In this document: in pieces, positions 1-9,200 of the stretch
Position numbering within the stretch: position 1 is the stretch's first letter
Layout: every line of letters starts with the position of its first letter
Position numbers and translations under genes: made by a program
The notes under the pieces: model-generated
What the model was told of the DNA's origin: nothing
What the model saw: only the letters and a program-made list of their open reading frames with translations
Database searches by the model: none
Assembly: GCA_030141605.1 (NCBI GenBank)
Contig: JAQGDQ010002410.1
Location: 1 to 64,000, forward strand
From: Tubiluchus corallicola
Lineage: Eukaryota > Animalia > Priapulida
Length of the DNA stretch: 64,000 nt
Direction: 5' to 3'

Positions 1-19
1 TTGCTGCCTACTCTATTGA

Positions 20-355
20 AAGCTTTTCGGCTTCCGCTGTATATATAAGTTTGTCGTTACTTCCTTTGTAATTCGTCTTGGTTACTTTTTTCATTGTCTT
101 TCACTGCAAAACTTTTTCCCCAATCAAAATTGTACTTAAAGGAGACACCTACTCGCTGTGTATCCCTCTCTATATAAGAATAAATATATTGCCCTTGATA
201 GTCATTAGACGCCTCAAACCTGCCATTCCTATAAAAAATATCGTTGGCAAATATCCTTAAATTAGCCTTATTGTTCCAAAAATTCTTTTGAATAGATAGA
301 CTTAAATTAAAAGTACAAGCTTCATAATTAAGATATATATATGCTGACTTAGAAC
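20..355. repeat. Left arm of 336-bp inverted repeat (partner 1027-1362)
   Basis: Base-by-base comparison: the reverse complement of 20-355 equals 1027-1362 except one mismatch (217 vs 1165). Confidence 0.95.
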
Positions 356-1030
356 GAAACTCTATGTTCATTTCAACTCTAAAATCTTTGGGTAAAAGAA
401 AATAATTATTAGAAGAAACATAAAAAAAAGGAGCTTTATTTATAAAATCTTCTTCTTTAAAAATATAGTAGCTTAAGTACAGATAATTATCTGTTTTCCA
501 CCATTTACATATTTCAAAGGGACTAAATATAGTGAAAGTATAGCTTTCTGATTGAGCTAAGTTATTATAAGTATTTGTAGTAATATTAGTTTCAGGGTCT
601 CTATAAAAAAATTCTCCTATTACATCATCTTCATATGTATATTTTAATGCAAAATAATGTTTGTCTTTGAGGGCATAAGTAAGTTCTAAGTTTTGAGAAT
701 AAAAAGGAGTGAGGTTAGAATTTCCTTTTTTTACACTATATTCGCTTATAAGATATTCAAAAGGATTCATTATTCTATATGCGGGGCGCATTATTCTTCT
801 TCCATAATAAAGCATTAGCTTGTCTTCTTCAGACACAGGATATAACAAGAATATAGTAGGGAAAGGCTCTGTATAAGTATTACTGGTAGCCGAATCTAAG
901 GAATGAGAATAGGTGTCAAACTGGGTATGCTCTACACGAAGCCCGAGTGAATATTCTAATTTCTTTAATTTGGAGTTGAAACTCACATAACCTGAATAAA
1001 TATTTTCTGTATAGCTAAACCTATCTGTTC
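57..1030 (-). pseudogene. 5'-truncated TonB-dependent receptor / outer-membrane beta-barrel family protein (C-terminal part only)
   Basis: ORF track 57..986 has beta-barrel-type sequence (GLRVEHT, RIMRPAY..MNPF, GNSNLTP, NLRIFANDIF, SFKYNF). The same frame stays open upstream (RTDRFSYTENIYSGYV) to ~1030, where it runs into the inverted duplicate. No signal peptide or plug domain is present. Confidence 0.7.
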
Positions 1031-1362
1031 TAAGTCAGCATATATATATCTTAATTATGAAGCTTGTACTTTTAATTTAAGTCTATCTATTCAAAAGAAT
1101 TTTTGGAACAATAAGGCTAATTTAAGGATATTTGCCAACGATATTTTTTATAGGAATGGCAGGTATGAGGCGTCTAATGACTATCAAGGGCAATATATTT
1201 ATTCTTATATAGAGAGGGATACACAGCGAGTAGGTGTCTCCTTTAAGTACAATTTTGATTGGGGAAAAAGTTTTGCAGTGAAAGACAATGAAAAAAGTAA
1301 CCAAGACGAATTACAAAGGAAGTAACGACAAACTTATATATACAGCGGAAGCCGAAAAGCTT
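1027..1362. repeat. Right arm of 336-bp inverted repeat; contains a + strand copy of the receptor 3' end (stop at 1323-1325)
   Basis: Reverse complement of 20-355; encodes the same C-terminus (...NQDELQRK*). Confidence 0.95.
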
Positions 1363-1494
1363 GAATAGAGTAGGCACAAACCAAAATAATTATTAAAAGT
1401 AAAGTGGAAGCCGAAAAGCTTGAATAGAGTAGGCGCAAACCAAAATAATTATTAAAAGTAAAGTGGAAGCCGAAAAACTTTCAATAGAGTAGGC
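1347..1494 (+). repeat. 59-bp tandem repeat (2.5 units) carrying three copies of GGAAGCCGAAAA(G/A)CTT..AATAGAGTAGGC; fourth copy at 6-35 on the minus strand
   Basis: Motif copies start at 1347, 1406 and 1465; the spacer CAAACCAAAATAATTATTAAAAGTAAAGT is identical between units. Confidence 0.9.
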
Positions 1495-1519
1495 AACAAA
1501 TTTTTAAATCTTAATCATT

Positions 1520-1648
1520 ATGAATAAAGAAAAAAAAGAACTTTTAGCCAAAGAAGCTAAAAAACTGCTAAATGCAGATATGGTGAAACTAAAAGGTGGT
1601 TCACTTTGCAAATGTTTCCTGAGCAATGCCTGTAGTGAAAATACCTAA
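1520..1648 (+). CDS. Double-glycine-leader RiPP precursor peptide, 42 aa (MNKEKKELLAKEAKKLLNADMVKLKGG|SLCKCFLSNACSENT)
   Basis: Translated by hand (below the ORF-track cutoff). Leader ends L-x(3)-M-x-x-L-x-GG and the 15-aa core has 3 Cys. It lies directly upstream of an rSAM/SPASM gene and a C39 transporter. Confidence 0.85.
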   Translation: MNKEKKELLAKEAKKLLNADMVKLKGGSLCKCFLSNACSENT

Positions 1649-1657
1649 TCACTAATC

Positions 1658-1691
1658 AACAAGAGGGTATTATATTTTATACCCTCTTGTT
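1658..1691 (+). terminator. Stem-loop between precursor and maturase (partial terminator or mRNA stabiliser)
   Basis: AACAAGAGGGTAT-8 nt loop-ATACCCTCTTGTT, 13-bp perfect stem. Confidence 0.7.
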
Positions 1692-1718
1692 AACTTATTT
1701 AACTAATAACTGTAAATA

Positions 1719-3212
1719 ATGGATAGAATAAAATTAAACCCAGAATATGTATTGAAAAAAGATACAGGTAAAGTATTGCTAACAACTAAAGAGCCACTAA
1801 GAACAGAAGAAACGAATGTTGAGGCTATAATACACCCTATTCACGCTATGGTATTATCTTTTTTTGATGGGAGGAAAACTGAAGAAGCAATTTCTAATGC
1901 TACTAAATATCTTAATATACCGTATTCTGAAGTTAATAATTTTGTGGAAAAGATAACAGAAAATGAACACCTAATAGGTGTTAAAATAAGTGATAATTTC
2001 TCTTTTGCTTTTCCTCCAAAGACACTCATTAAATCAGATACCCTTTCTAAATATAAATATAATCCAGATGATTTTTTATATGAAGATATAATCTTGAAAA
2101 CAACCAGACATTTAACTCCAACTCGTATTACATTTATGGCAACCACTAGGTGTGTAACAGACTGTATCTATTGTTATGCAAATAGAACTCCAGTTAAAGA
2201 GCTTATTCCTCTACCACGTATTAAAAAGCTTATTAAAGAAGCCAGAGATTTAAATGTTGTATCATTTGATGTAATTGGGGGAGAGTTCTTTTTATATAGA
2301 TATTGGAAGGAAATATTACAAGAACTCTATAAATATGATTATTCTCCTTATATCTCTACAAAAGTTCCTATTCCCGAAAAAATCATTGCCTCTTTAAAAG
2401 AGTTAGGTATGAAAGATATACAAATCTCACTTGATACCCTAATAGAAAAAAATTTAACTACATTGCTAAATGTGAAGAGTGATTACTTAACAAAAATAAA
2501 AAAAACGCTGGAACTGTTAGAAAAATACAATATTGAGGTAAGATTACATACTATTCTTACTGAAATAAATAGCACTGTTCAAGATATGAATTCTATTTAT
2601 GAGTTTATTAAAGACAAAAAAAATATTTCTACTTGGAAAATTGATGCTGCGAGCTCCACATTATATAAAGCCAAAGATAGATTTCCCGAAATAAAAATTC
2701 ATAGAGAAAACCTAAGAAAGATAAGTGATTATTTTGTGAAATTAAAGGAGGAAAATAAGAATTTAAGAATTGTTGCAGGAGATTTAAATTTAGATAATAA
2801 TCCTTCTACTAATGAACTTACCGAAAAGGAAAAAACAAGATTTTATAAAGTAGAAGAAAGACCTATTTTTTGTCCTGCAAATTATTCCAGTTTATTCATT
2901 TTACCAGATGGTAAAGTAACTATTTGTGAAGAACTTTACTGGAAGCCTCAATTTATTATAGGAGACTCTATTACTCAAAGTCTTGAAGAGATATGGAATT
3001 CAGAGAAAGCCACCAATCTTTATTATATCCAACAAAAGCATATTCGTAGCCAAAGCCCTTGTAGTAGTTGTAACATATTTGACAAATGCAGACACGAAAA
3101 TGGAGGGGTTTGTTGGAGAGAAATAATAAAAGCTTATGGAGAAGAAAATTGGGATTATCCAGACCCTAATTGCCCCGAAGCCCCTAAGGTAACTAAAGAT
3201 ATTTATGTTTAG
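1719..3212 (+). CDS. Radical SAM/SPASM-domain peptide maturase with probable N-terminal RRE (PqqD-like) region
   Basis: CxxxCxxC motif (CVTDCIYC) and GGE motif. SPASM cysteines CPAN..PDGKVTICE..CSSC..C..C..C. N-terminal extension of about 130 aa. Confidence 0.9.
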   Translation: MDRIKLNPEYVLKKDTGKVLLTTKEPLRTEETNVEAIIHPIHAMVLSFFDGRKTEEAISNATKYLNIPYSEVNNFVEKITENEHLIGVKISDNFSFAFPPKTLIKSDTLSKYKYNPDDFLYEDIILKTTRHLTPTRITFMATTRCVTDCIYCYANRTPVKELIPLPRIKKLIKEARDLNVVSFDVIGGEFFLYRYWKEILQELYKYDYSPYISTKVPIPEKIIASLKELGMKDIQISLDTLIEKNLTTLLNVKSDYLTKIKKTLELLEKYNIEVRLHTILTEINSTVQDMNSIYEFIKDKKNISTWKIDAASSTLYKAKDRFPEIKIHRENLRKISDYFVKLKEENKNLRIVAGDLNLDNNPSTNELTEKEKTRFYKVEERPIFCPANYSSLFILPDGKVTICEELYWKPQFIIGDSITQSLEEIWNSEKATNLYYIQQKHIRSQSPCSSCNIFDKCRHENGGVCWREIIKAYGEENWDYPDPNCPEAPKVTKDIYV

Positions 3213-5418
3213 AAAGCGTTTCCCCTCTTGCTACCAAAGGGATGCTATGGATTGTGGCGCTGCTTGTTTAAAGTCTATAGCACAATATTACGGCAAAAGT
3301 TTTGACTTAGAAGAAATAAGGGAGAAGAGTTATATTACCAACGAAGGTGTTTCGCTGATGGGCATAGTAGAAGCAGCTAAACATTATGGTTTCTCTACAA
3401 AGGGCTATAAACTAACGATTAAAGCTTTAAAAGAGCGGTTTCAAAAACCTTGTATTCTGCATTGGAATCAAAATCATTTTGTAGTCCTTTACAAGATAAC
3501 TCAAAAGAAAAAGGCTACAAAATTCCATATCGCAGACCCTAGTACGGGGAAAATAGTCATAAACGAAGAAGTCTTTAAAAAAGCTTGGCTTGGGAATAAG
3601 AATTACAACGAGAAAGAAAAAACAATGGGGGCTGTTTTATTCTTAGAGCCTACCAAATCATTCTATGGGCAAAAAAGTCAAAAGGCTAAACTACATTTCA
3701 ACTTCCGTAAGATATGGGGATATACTAAACCCTATAAAAAAGCATTAAGGCAACTTTTATATTGTGTATTATTTGTCAATCTTATTCAATTTACTTTTCC
3801 TTTTCTCGCCCAAATTATAGTTGATGTTGGTATCAGTCAAAAAAGTGTGAATATCATACTAATGATACTCATTGCTCAAGTGGTATTGTATATAAGCACC
3901 AACCTTTCTGATTTTGTAAGGAGGTGGCTGTTATTACAAGTTAATAGCAGGATAAATATATTTATGATTTCAGACTTTTTATTTAAACTTACCCAACTAC
4001 CTATACGTTTCTTTGACAATAAACTACTGGGTGATATTCTGCAAAGAATAAATGACCATTCTAAGATAGAACATTTTCTGACCTCTACTGTAACCAATGT
4101 TTTCTTTTCATTCAGCACCTTAATTATCTTTGGAATAGTTCTTTCTATCTATAGTTTTCAACTCTTTTTATTGTTTTTGGTGGGTAGTGTGCTTTACATA
4201 CTTTGGATTTACATATTTTTAGAAAAACGCAAAGAAATAGATTATGCTCGTTTCATTCAACAGTCGGCAAACAGTAGTAACTTAGTAGAGTTCATAAGGG
4301 GAATGAAAGATGTTAAACTTTACAATTGCCATAACGAGAAACGTTGGGAGTGGGAAAAAATACAAGTAAAACTTTTCAAACTTAATTTAAACAGTCTATC
4401 TATTGAGCAATATCAGAGTATAGGCAGTTTACTCATCAATCAAATAAAAAATGTATTGATTACTTTCCTTAGTGCTAAGATGGTGATAGAAGGTGAATTA
4501 TCTCTGGGGATGATGTTATCGGTACAGTTTATTGTAGGGCAGTTGGAAGGACCTATCAATCAAACTATTGAATTTATGCACTCTTGGCAAGATGCTAAAA
4601 TCTCATTTGAAAGACTGGGGGAAGTACATAAAAAAGAAAATGAAGAAAAAGGAACAGAAATAGCTGTTTCCAATACTACACAATATAATATTACTTTAAA
4701 AAATATCTCTTTTCAATATGAAGGTCCTTATTCGCCCAAAGTATTACAAAATATCAACTTAGAAATTCCTTTTGGCAAAACTACTGCTATTGTAGGCACC
4801 AGTGGAAGTGGTAAAACTACATTAATAAAAATGCTTTTGGGTTTTTACGAACCTATTGAAGGTGAAATATTGATAGGAAGCAGTCTATTAAAGCAGATTA
4901 ACCTACCCACGTGGAGAAATCGTTGTGGAGTTATTCTGCAAGATAGTTTTATCTTCTCAGATACCATAGCCAACAACATAACCTTATCAGAAGAGAATAT
5001 TGACTACAAAAGGTTAGAGTATGCTACCCAAATGGCAAATATATTGGACTTAGTAGAATCTTTACCCCTAAAATTTAACACTAAGATAGGAGCAGATGGA
5101 CACGGTTTAAGTCAAGGACAACAACAAAGGCTTTTAATAGCCAGAGCTATCTACAAAGACCCTGATTACATATTCTTTGATGAAGCAACCAACTCGTTGG
5201 ATGCAAGTAATGAAAACGAAATAATGAACAACATAGAGGTTTTCAGTAAGAACAAAACTGCTATTGTCATTGCACATAGATTTAGCACTATAAAAAATGC
5301 AGACCAAATAGTTGTATTACAAAAGGGTAAAATCATTGAAAAGGGTAAACACGGTGAACTAATGAAAAGAGGTAAGATATACTACAACTTAATGAAAGAA
5401 CAATTGAACTTAAACTAA
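3205..5418 (+). CDS. Peptidase C39-containing ABC transporter (PCAT, bacteriocin/RiPP exporter)
   Basis: QRDAMDCGAACL (catalytic Cys), HWNQNHFVVL, transmembrane domain, Walker A GTSGSGKTT, signature LSQGQQQR, Walker B FFDEAT. Confidence 0.95.
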   Translation: MFRKRFPSCYQRDAMDCGAACLKSIAQYYGKSFDLEEIREKSYITNEGVSLMGIVEAAKHYGFSTKGYKLTIKALKERFQKPCILHWNQNHFVVLYKITQKKKATKFHIADPSTGKIVINEEVFKKAWLGNKNYNEKEKTMGAVLFLEPTKSFYGQKSQKAKLHFNFRKIWGYTKPYKKALRQLLYCVLFVNLIQFTFPFLAQIIVDVGISQKSVNIILMILIAQVVLYISTNLSDFVRRWLLLQVNSRINIFMISDFLFKLTQLPIRFFDNKLLGDILQRINDHSKIEHFLTSTVTNVFFSFSTLIIFGIVLSIYSFQLFLLFLVGSVLYILWIYIFLEKRKEIDYARFIQQSANSSNLVEFIRGMKDVKLYNCHNEKRWEWEKIQVKLFKLNLNSLSIEQYQSIGSLLINQIKNVLITFLSAKMVIEGELSLGMMLSVQFIVGQLEGPINQTIEFMHSWQDAKISFERLGEVHKKENEEKGTEIAVSNTTQYNITLKNISFQYEGPYSPKVLQNINLEIPFGKTTAIVGTSGSGKTTLIKMLLGFYEPIEGEILIGSSLLKQINLPTWRNRCGVILQDSFIFSDTIANNITLSEENIDYKRLEYATQMANILDLVESLPLKFNTKIGADGHGLSQGQQQRLLIARAIYKDPDYIFFDEATNSLDASNENEIMNNIEVFSKNKTAIVIAHRFSTIKNADQIVVLQKGKIIEKGKHGELMKRGKIYYNLMKEQLNLN

Positions 5419-5426
5419 TATTTTAA

Positions 5427-5891
5427 ATGGACAATAAAAATAGCAAGGAATTTGCAGATATAATGAAGTTTCAACCCAATAGGCTATCTAAAATGGTCGT
5501 AGTTAGTTCGTTTTTCATTATTGTGTTACTTATTGCCCTTGCTTTATTTATTGAAGTGCCAGAGGAAAAACTAAGTTTTCAGGTAGAAGTAAATGAAGTC
5601 TCTTTACTAGCAGAGAATTCCATTTCTCTCTTAGTTCCAGATAATTATCAAAGTACATTAAATGCAGACCAAAGAATTTCTATTTCTTTTCAGAATCAAC
5701 GTATGGAAGGAAGAATTGATAAAGTAGTGGAAAACCTTACAAATTCTCGGGGTAAAATATTAGTCATAATGATAGTGGAGAACCCCTTTAATACGAAGGA
5801 CATAAGACAACAAGATACTGTAAAAGTAGAAGTAATAGCAAAGAAAATTCCTATCTTAGAAAAACTAATTCCTTCTATTAAAAGAAAATAG
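5427..5891 (+). CDS. Short HlyD-like / membrane-anchored accessory export protein
   Basis: One N-terminal TM helix after a D-I-M-x-x-x-P motif as in Bacteroidota HlyD proteins. C-terminus resembles the HlyD barrel end (EVIAKKIPILEKL). Follows the PCAT gene by 8 bp. Confidence 0.55.
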   Translation: MDNKNSKEFADIMKFQPNRLSKMVVVSSFFIIVLLIALALFIEVPEEKLSFQVEVNEVSLLAENSISLLVPDNYQSTLNADQRISISFQNQRMEGRIDKVVENLTNSRGKILVIMIVENPFNTKDIRQQDTVKVEVIAKKIPILEKLIPSIKRK

Positions 5892-5901
5892 CAATATTAA
5901 T

Positions 5902-5928
5902 ATATCATTACATAAAATGTAATGATAT
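5902..5928 (+). terminator. Hairpin closing the RiPP operon
   Basis: ATATCATTACAT-AAA-ATGTAATGATAT, 12-bp perfect stem 10 bp after the stop codon. Confidence 0.55.
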
Positions 5929-6068
5929 GCAATTTTAAACTAAATTCTGAATAGTGCCATAAGGAATATCATTTTTAAGTTGCTAACTTAATAAAAAGTA
6001 CTTTTTGAAAATATATAAAAAGCAGGAGAAGAAAAAGAAGTAGTTTTTTGCTATTATTTATAGAGCCC

Positions 6069-6135
6069 TGTCTTGTCCTGAAATAGGTTTACACTCATGT
6101 GGTGAGTAAAAGACAACTTATATCAGGACAAGACA
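6069..6135. mobile_element. 67-bp non-autonomous IS3-family-like mini-element (MITE)
   Basis: TG...CA ends; 21-bp terminal inverted repeats TGTCTTGTCCTGAAATAGGTT vs TGTCTTGTCCTGATATAAGTT (2 mismatches); no coding capacity. Confidence 0.6.
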
Positions 6136-6250
6136 GTTTTCATAATTTTATGTTTTGAGGGTTTGGCACTTTCTACGTTGTATTTACGTTGCAAATGGGT
6201 ATTTAGGTATAAAGATACTAAAAATAATCTACATTCTTACAATAGGCTAT

Positions 6251-9200
6251 TTATTTACCTTCTACTATGGCTATTTCCTCTTGGGTGAGATTGTATAGCT
6301 TATATACCATAGTGTCTATTTCTTTTTCTAAGGTGGTGGTATCTTGCCCTTGTTCTTTGGCTTGTAGTATTGCCTCTACCTTGTCTATATACGGTTGTTG
6401 CTCGGTGGAGATGAGTTGGGGAATGGGAATATTTTCTACATATTGGTTAGACAGTCTATAACCAGTACTTCCATATTGATGAACATTTTTATCTACCCAA
6501 TAATTGACAACTTTGGAATTTAAAATAGATGTAATAAACCGTCCTTCACTTTTTTCATAATTAGATAAAAGCCATACTATCTAAAATATATTCATTAGGA
6601 GGAGACAAACAAAAAGTAGGTTCTTGTGTAATTCTTTGCCACACAATCTTCTCCTTTTCAAACTCGGGGTAGTAGGTAGCTGCACACCTTTGCAGTGCAT
6701 ACCATTCATAACGTATTCCTGTTTCAGCCTTGTTTCTTTTACTTAGTTTTTCTTTGTGCTGGAGTAAGTGGTTGTATATAGCTGGATATTGTTTTCCAAA
6801 TTCTTTTTCTGCCTTTTCACTTGCCCCTTGTATAGTGCTATCCTTATGCAAGGGGAAATGCCAAGGAACAAATATCAACCACAAGTCAGCAAATTGAGCT
6901 TGGTATTTTTTGATGTCTCTACCTCTTAGTATGGGTTTTAGTATTTCTGCACTTTGGGGGTCTTGGGCTATGAGGTCGTCTTTCTTTGCCCCGTCTATGA
7001 TAAAGGCTTCGTTATAACCTGTTAATACTCCTCTATATATATTTATGTCCCAGTCTTTTAGGGGTGTGCCTATGTGTTCTATTTTGGTTTTTATAGCTTG
7101 TTCTATGGGGCTTAGTATTGTCCACGAGTTACCATCGGTGGGTGGGGTAAGTTTTATGCTATGCTCTTTTACATAATTTTGTAATGCTTGTACATTGGCA
7201 GGCGGTTTTTGTAGGGTGCAAGCTGTTAAGGGTTTTATATGGGTGTTTTCTGCTGCTGTTTTTTCAAAACTCAATATATTGGTATCTACAGTAGCCGTGT
7301 CAAATACATTAGCCCCGAGGTCTATCAATTGCAAGGGTTGTGTATAGGTAGCAAGGTAGGTACGTAAAGCCTTGCCATAGCCTGCCCGCATCCACTTGTT
7401 ACTGGTAATGTATGATAGTACTCCTTTAGGTTTCAATACTTGGTTGCCTCTCTCATAAAACAGTTGGTATATATCACCCATACGTGCAAAGGTTTGGTAG
7501 TTCATAGGCTTAAACTGGTTTGCCAATGCTCCTCCGTCCTTTTGTAGTTGTATATACGGTGGGTTGCCTATTACGGCATCAAAGCCTACAAAGTCGCCTT
7601 TATCGTCCAACACTTCGGGGAACTCAAACCTCCATTCAAATGCTCCCTTGTATTTGTTTTGCAATGCTGTTTTAAGGTTGTTTATATCCCGTTGCAATTG
7701 GTTGAGGGCTTCGCCTTCTTTTTCTGTAAAAGTCCCTATCAAGCTGTTTTGTTTTTGTAGTAGGTCGGTTAATGCTCCTTTCTTTTTCTGTAGTTTTTGG
7801 TAGTCGGGGTCTGTAGGGTTGATAAGGGTTTCAAACTGTTCTTTTAAACCTTCTATCTCCTTGCGGGCTTGGTCTCGGGTGGCTTTGTCATCAGTCATTT
7901 TGTAGAGAAATACTTGGTCTTTGTATTTTTCTGTGGCTCTTCTTATCCGTTGTGCATAGGCTGGTTGTAAGTCTCCTGTTTTTTGGTCTATTCCAAAACG
8001 GCTTATCAGCGAGTTGCCTTGTTTTATGTTAATATCTATGTTAGGTAAGGTTTCCAGTTCTTTAGCTTCTTTGTCTTTGTAGTAAGCATTTTTAAGTAAT
8101 TCAATCCACAATCTTAGCCTACATATATTTACAGAATTAGGGTTTAAATCTACTCCAAACAAGCAGTTTTCTATTAAGGTGCGTTTCTCCTCAAAAAGGG
8201 TTTTTTGTACTCTTTGGCTTTCTTTACTGTGTGGGTGGTAGGTGTATTCTTTGCCGTTTTCGTCTTTTATGTATAGCTCATCGTTCCATATCTCTATATC
8301 GTAGTACTTGATGGTTGCTCCCTTTTCATCTATTAGTATATTTAGTTGTCTTTTTATGTATATGAGTTCGTTAAGTGCAGAAACTAAGAAGTGTCCCGAG
8401 CCTACTGCTGGGTCGCATATCCGCAGACTGTTAAATATTTCGTTTGCCTCTTTTATGTCTTCTATCTTATTTCGTAAGTCTACAAGGGTTTTGCACGTCC
8501 ACCCCTTAGCTTCGTTAAACTTTTGTATTACTGTACGTTGTAGGATTTCTCTACACATATACATAGTAATAAAACTGGGTGTAAAGAATGAGCCGTCTTT
8601 ATAGCCGTTTATTTTCTCAAAGATAAGTCCCAAAACGGAGGCGTTGATAAGGGTTTTATCGGTGTGTGTAGCCTCTATAGAATAACCAAAGTTGTAAGAG
8701 GCGAGGAAGCTAAAAAGATAGTCTAAACCTTTGTGTGGGGTGTCTTTGTCTTGGGTGAGTATGGTATGAGTAAAGGGTGTGATGGTTTTGTTGTCGTGCA
8801 GGTTGTTTATGGTGGTGCTACTATCTTTTTCTAAAATAGAAGTTTCAAATAAAGAGGAGTTGAGGTAAGGCACATAGGGGTATCTGGTTTGTAGGGTATT
8901 GCTTCTATCTTGGAAAGGTTTGTTGAGTACACTAAAAAACAGTTCGTTAAGGTCGTTATAGTCTTGTATCTTTTTTGTGTTGAAAAATGAATATGCTGTG
9001 TCTCCCTTATGGTAAGAAAGTAGTTGAGCCTCTAAGAGTTTGAGAAACAATACACGGTTTACCCACGTTATAGTAAGTTGTAGGGCTATGGTATAGGTTT
9101 GCTCTTTGGGAGTGTCTCCGTATTCTTTGAGATTGAACCCAGAGGAATAGGGGTCGTTTTCTAATTGACTTATTGCATTTTCCAGTAGTGAGCCGTCTTG

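Noticed and set aside
78-1304. Twin 60-aa ORFs at 78..260 (+) and 1122..1304 (-)
   Set aside because: Antisense shadows of the duplicated receptor 3' end, not independent genes.
1347-1494. Possible mini CRISPR array (29-30-bp repeats with 30-bp spacers)
   Set aside because: The two spacers are essentially identical, so it is a tandem duplication; there are no cas genes in the window.
6267-6461. 64-aa + strand ORF
   Set aside because: Antisense to the frameshifted C-terminal tail of the R-M gene.
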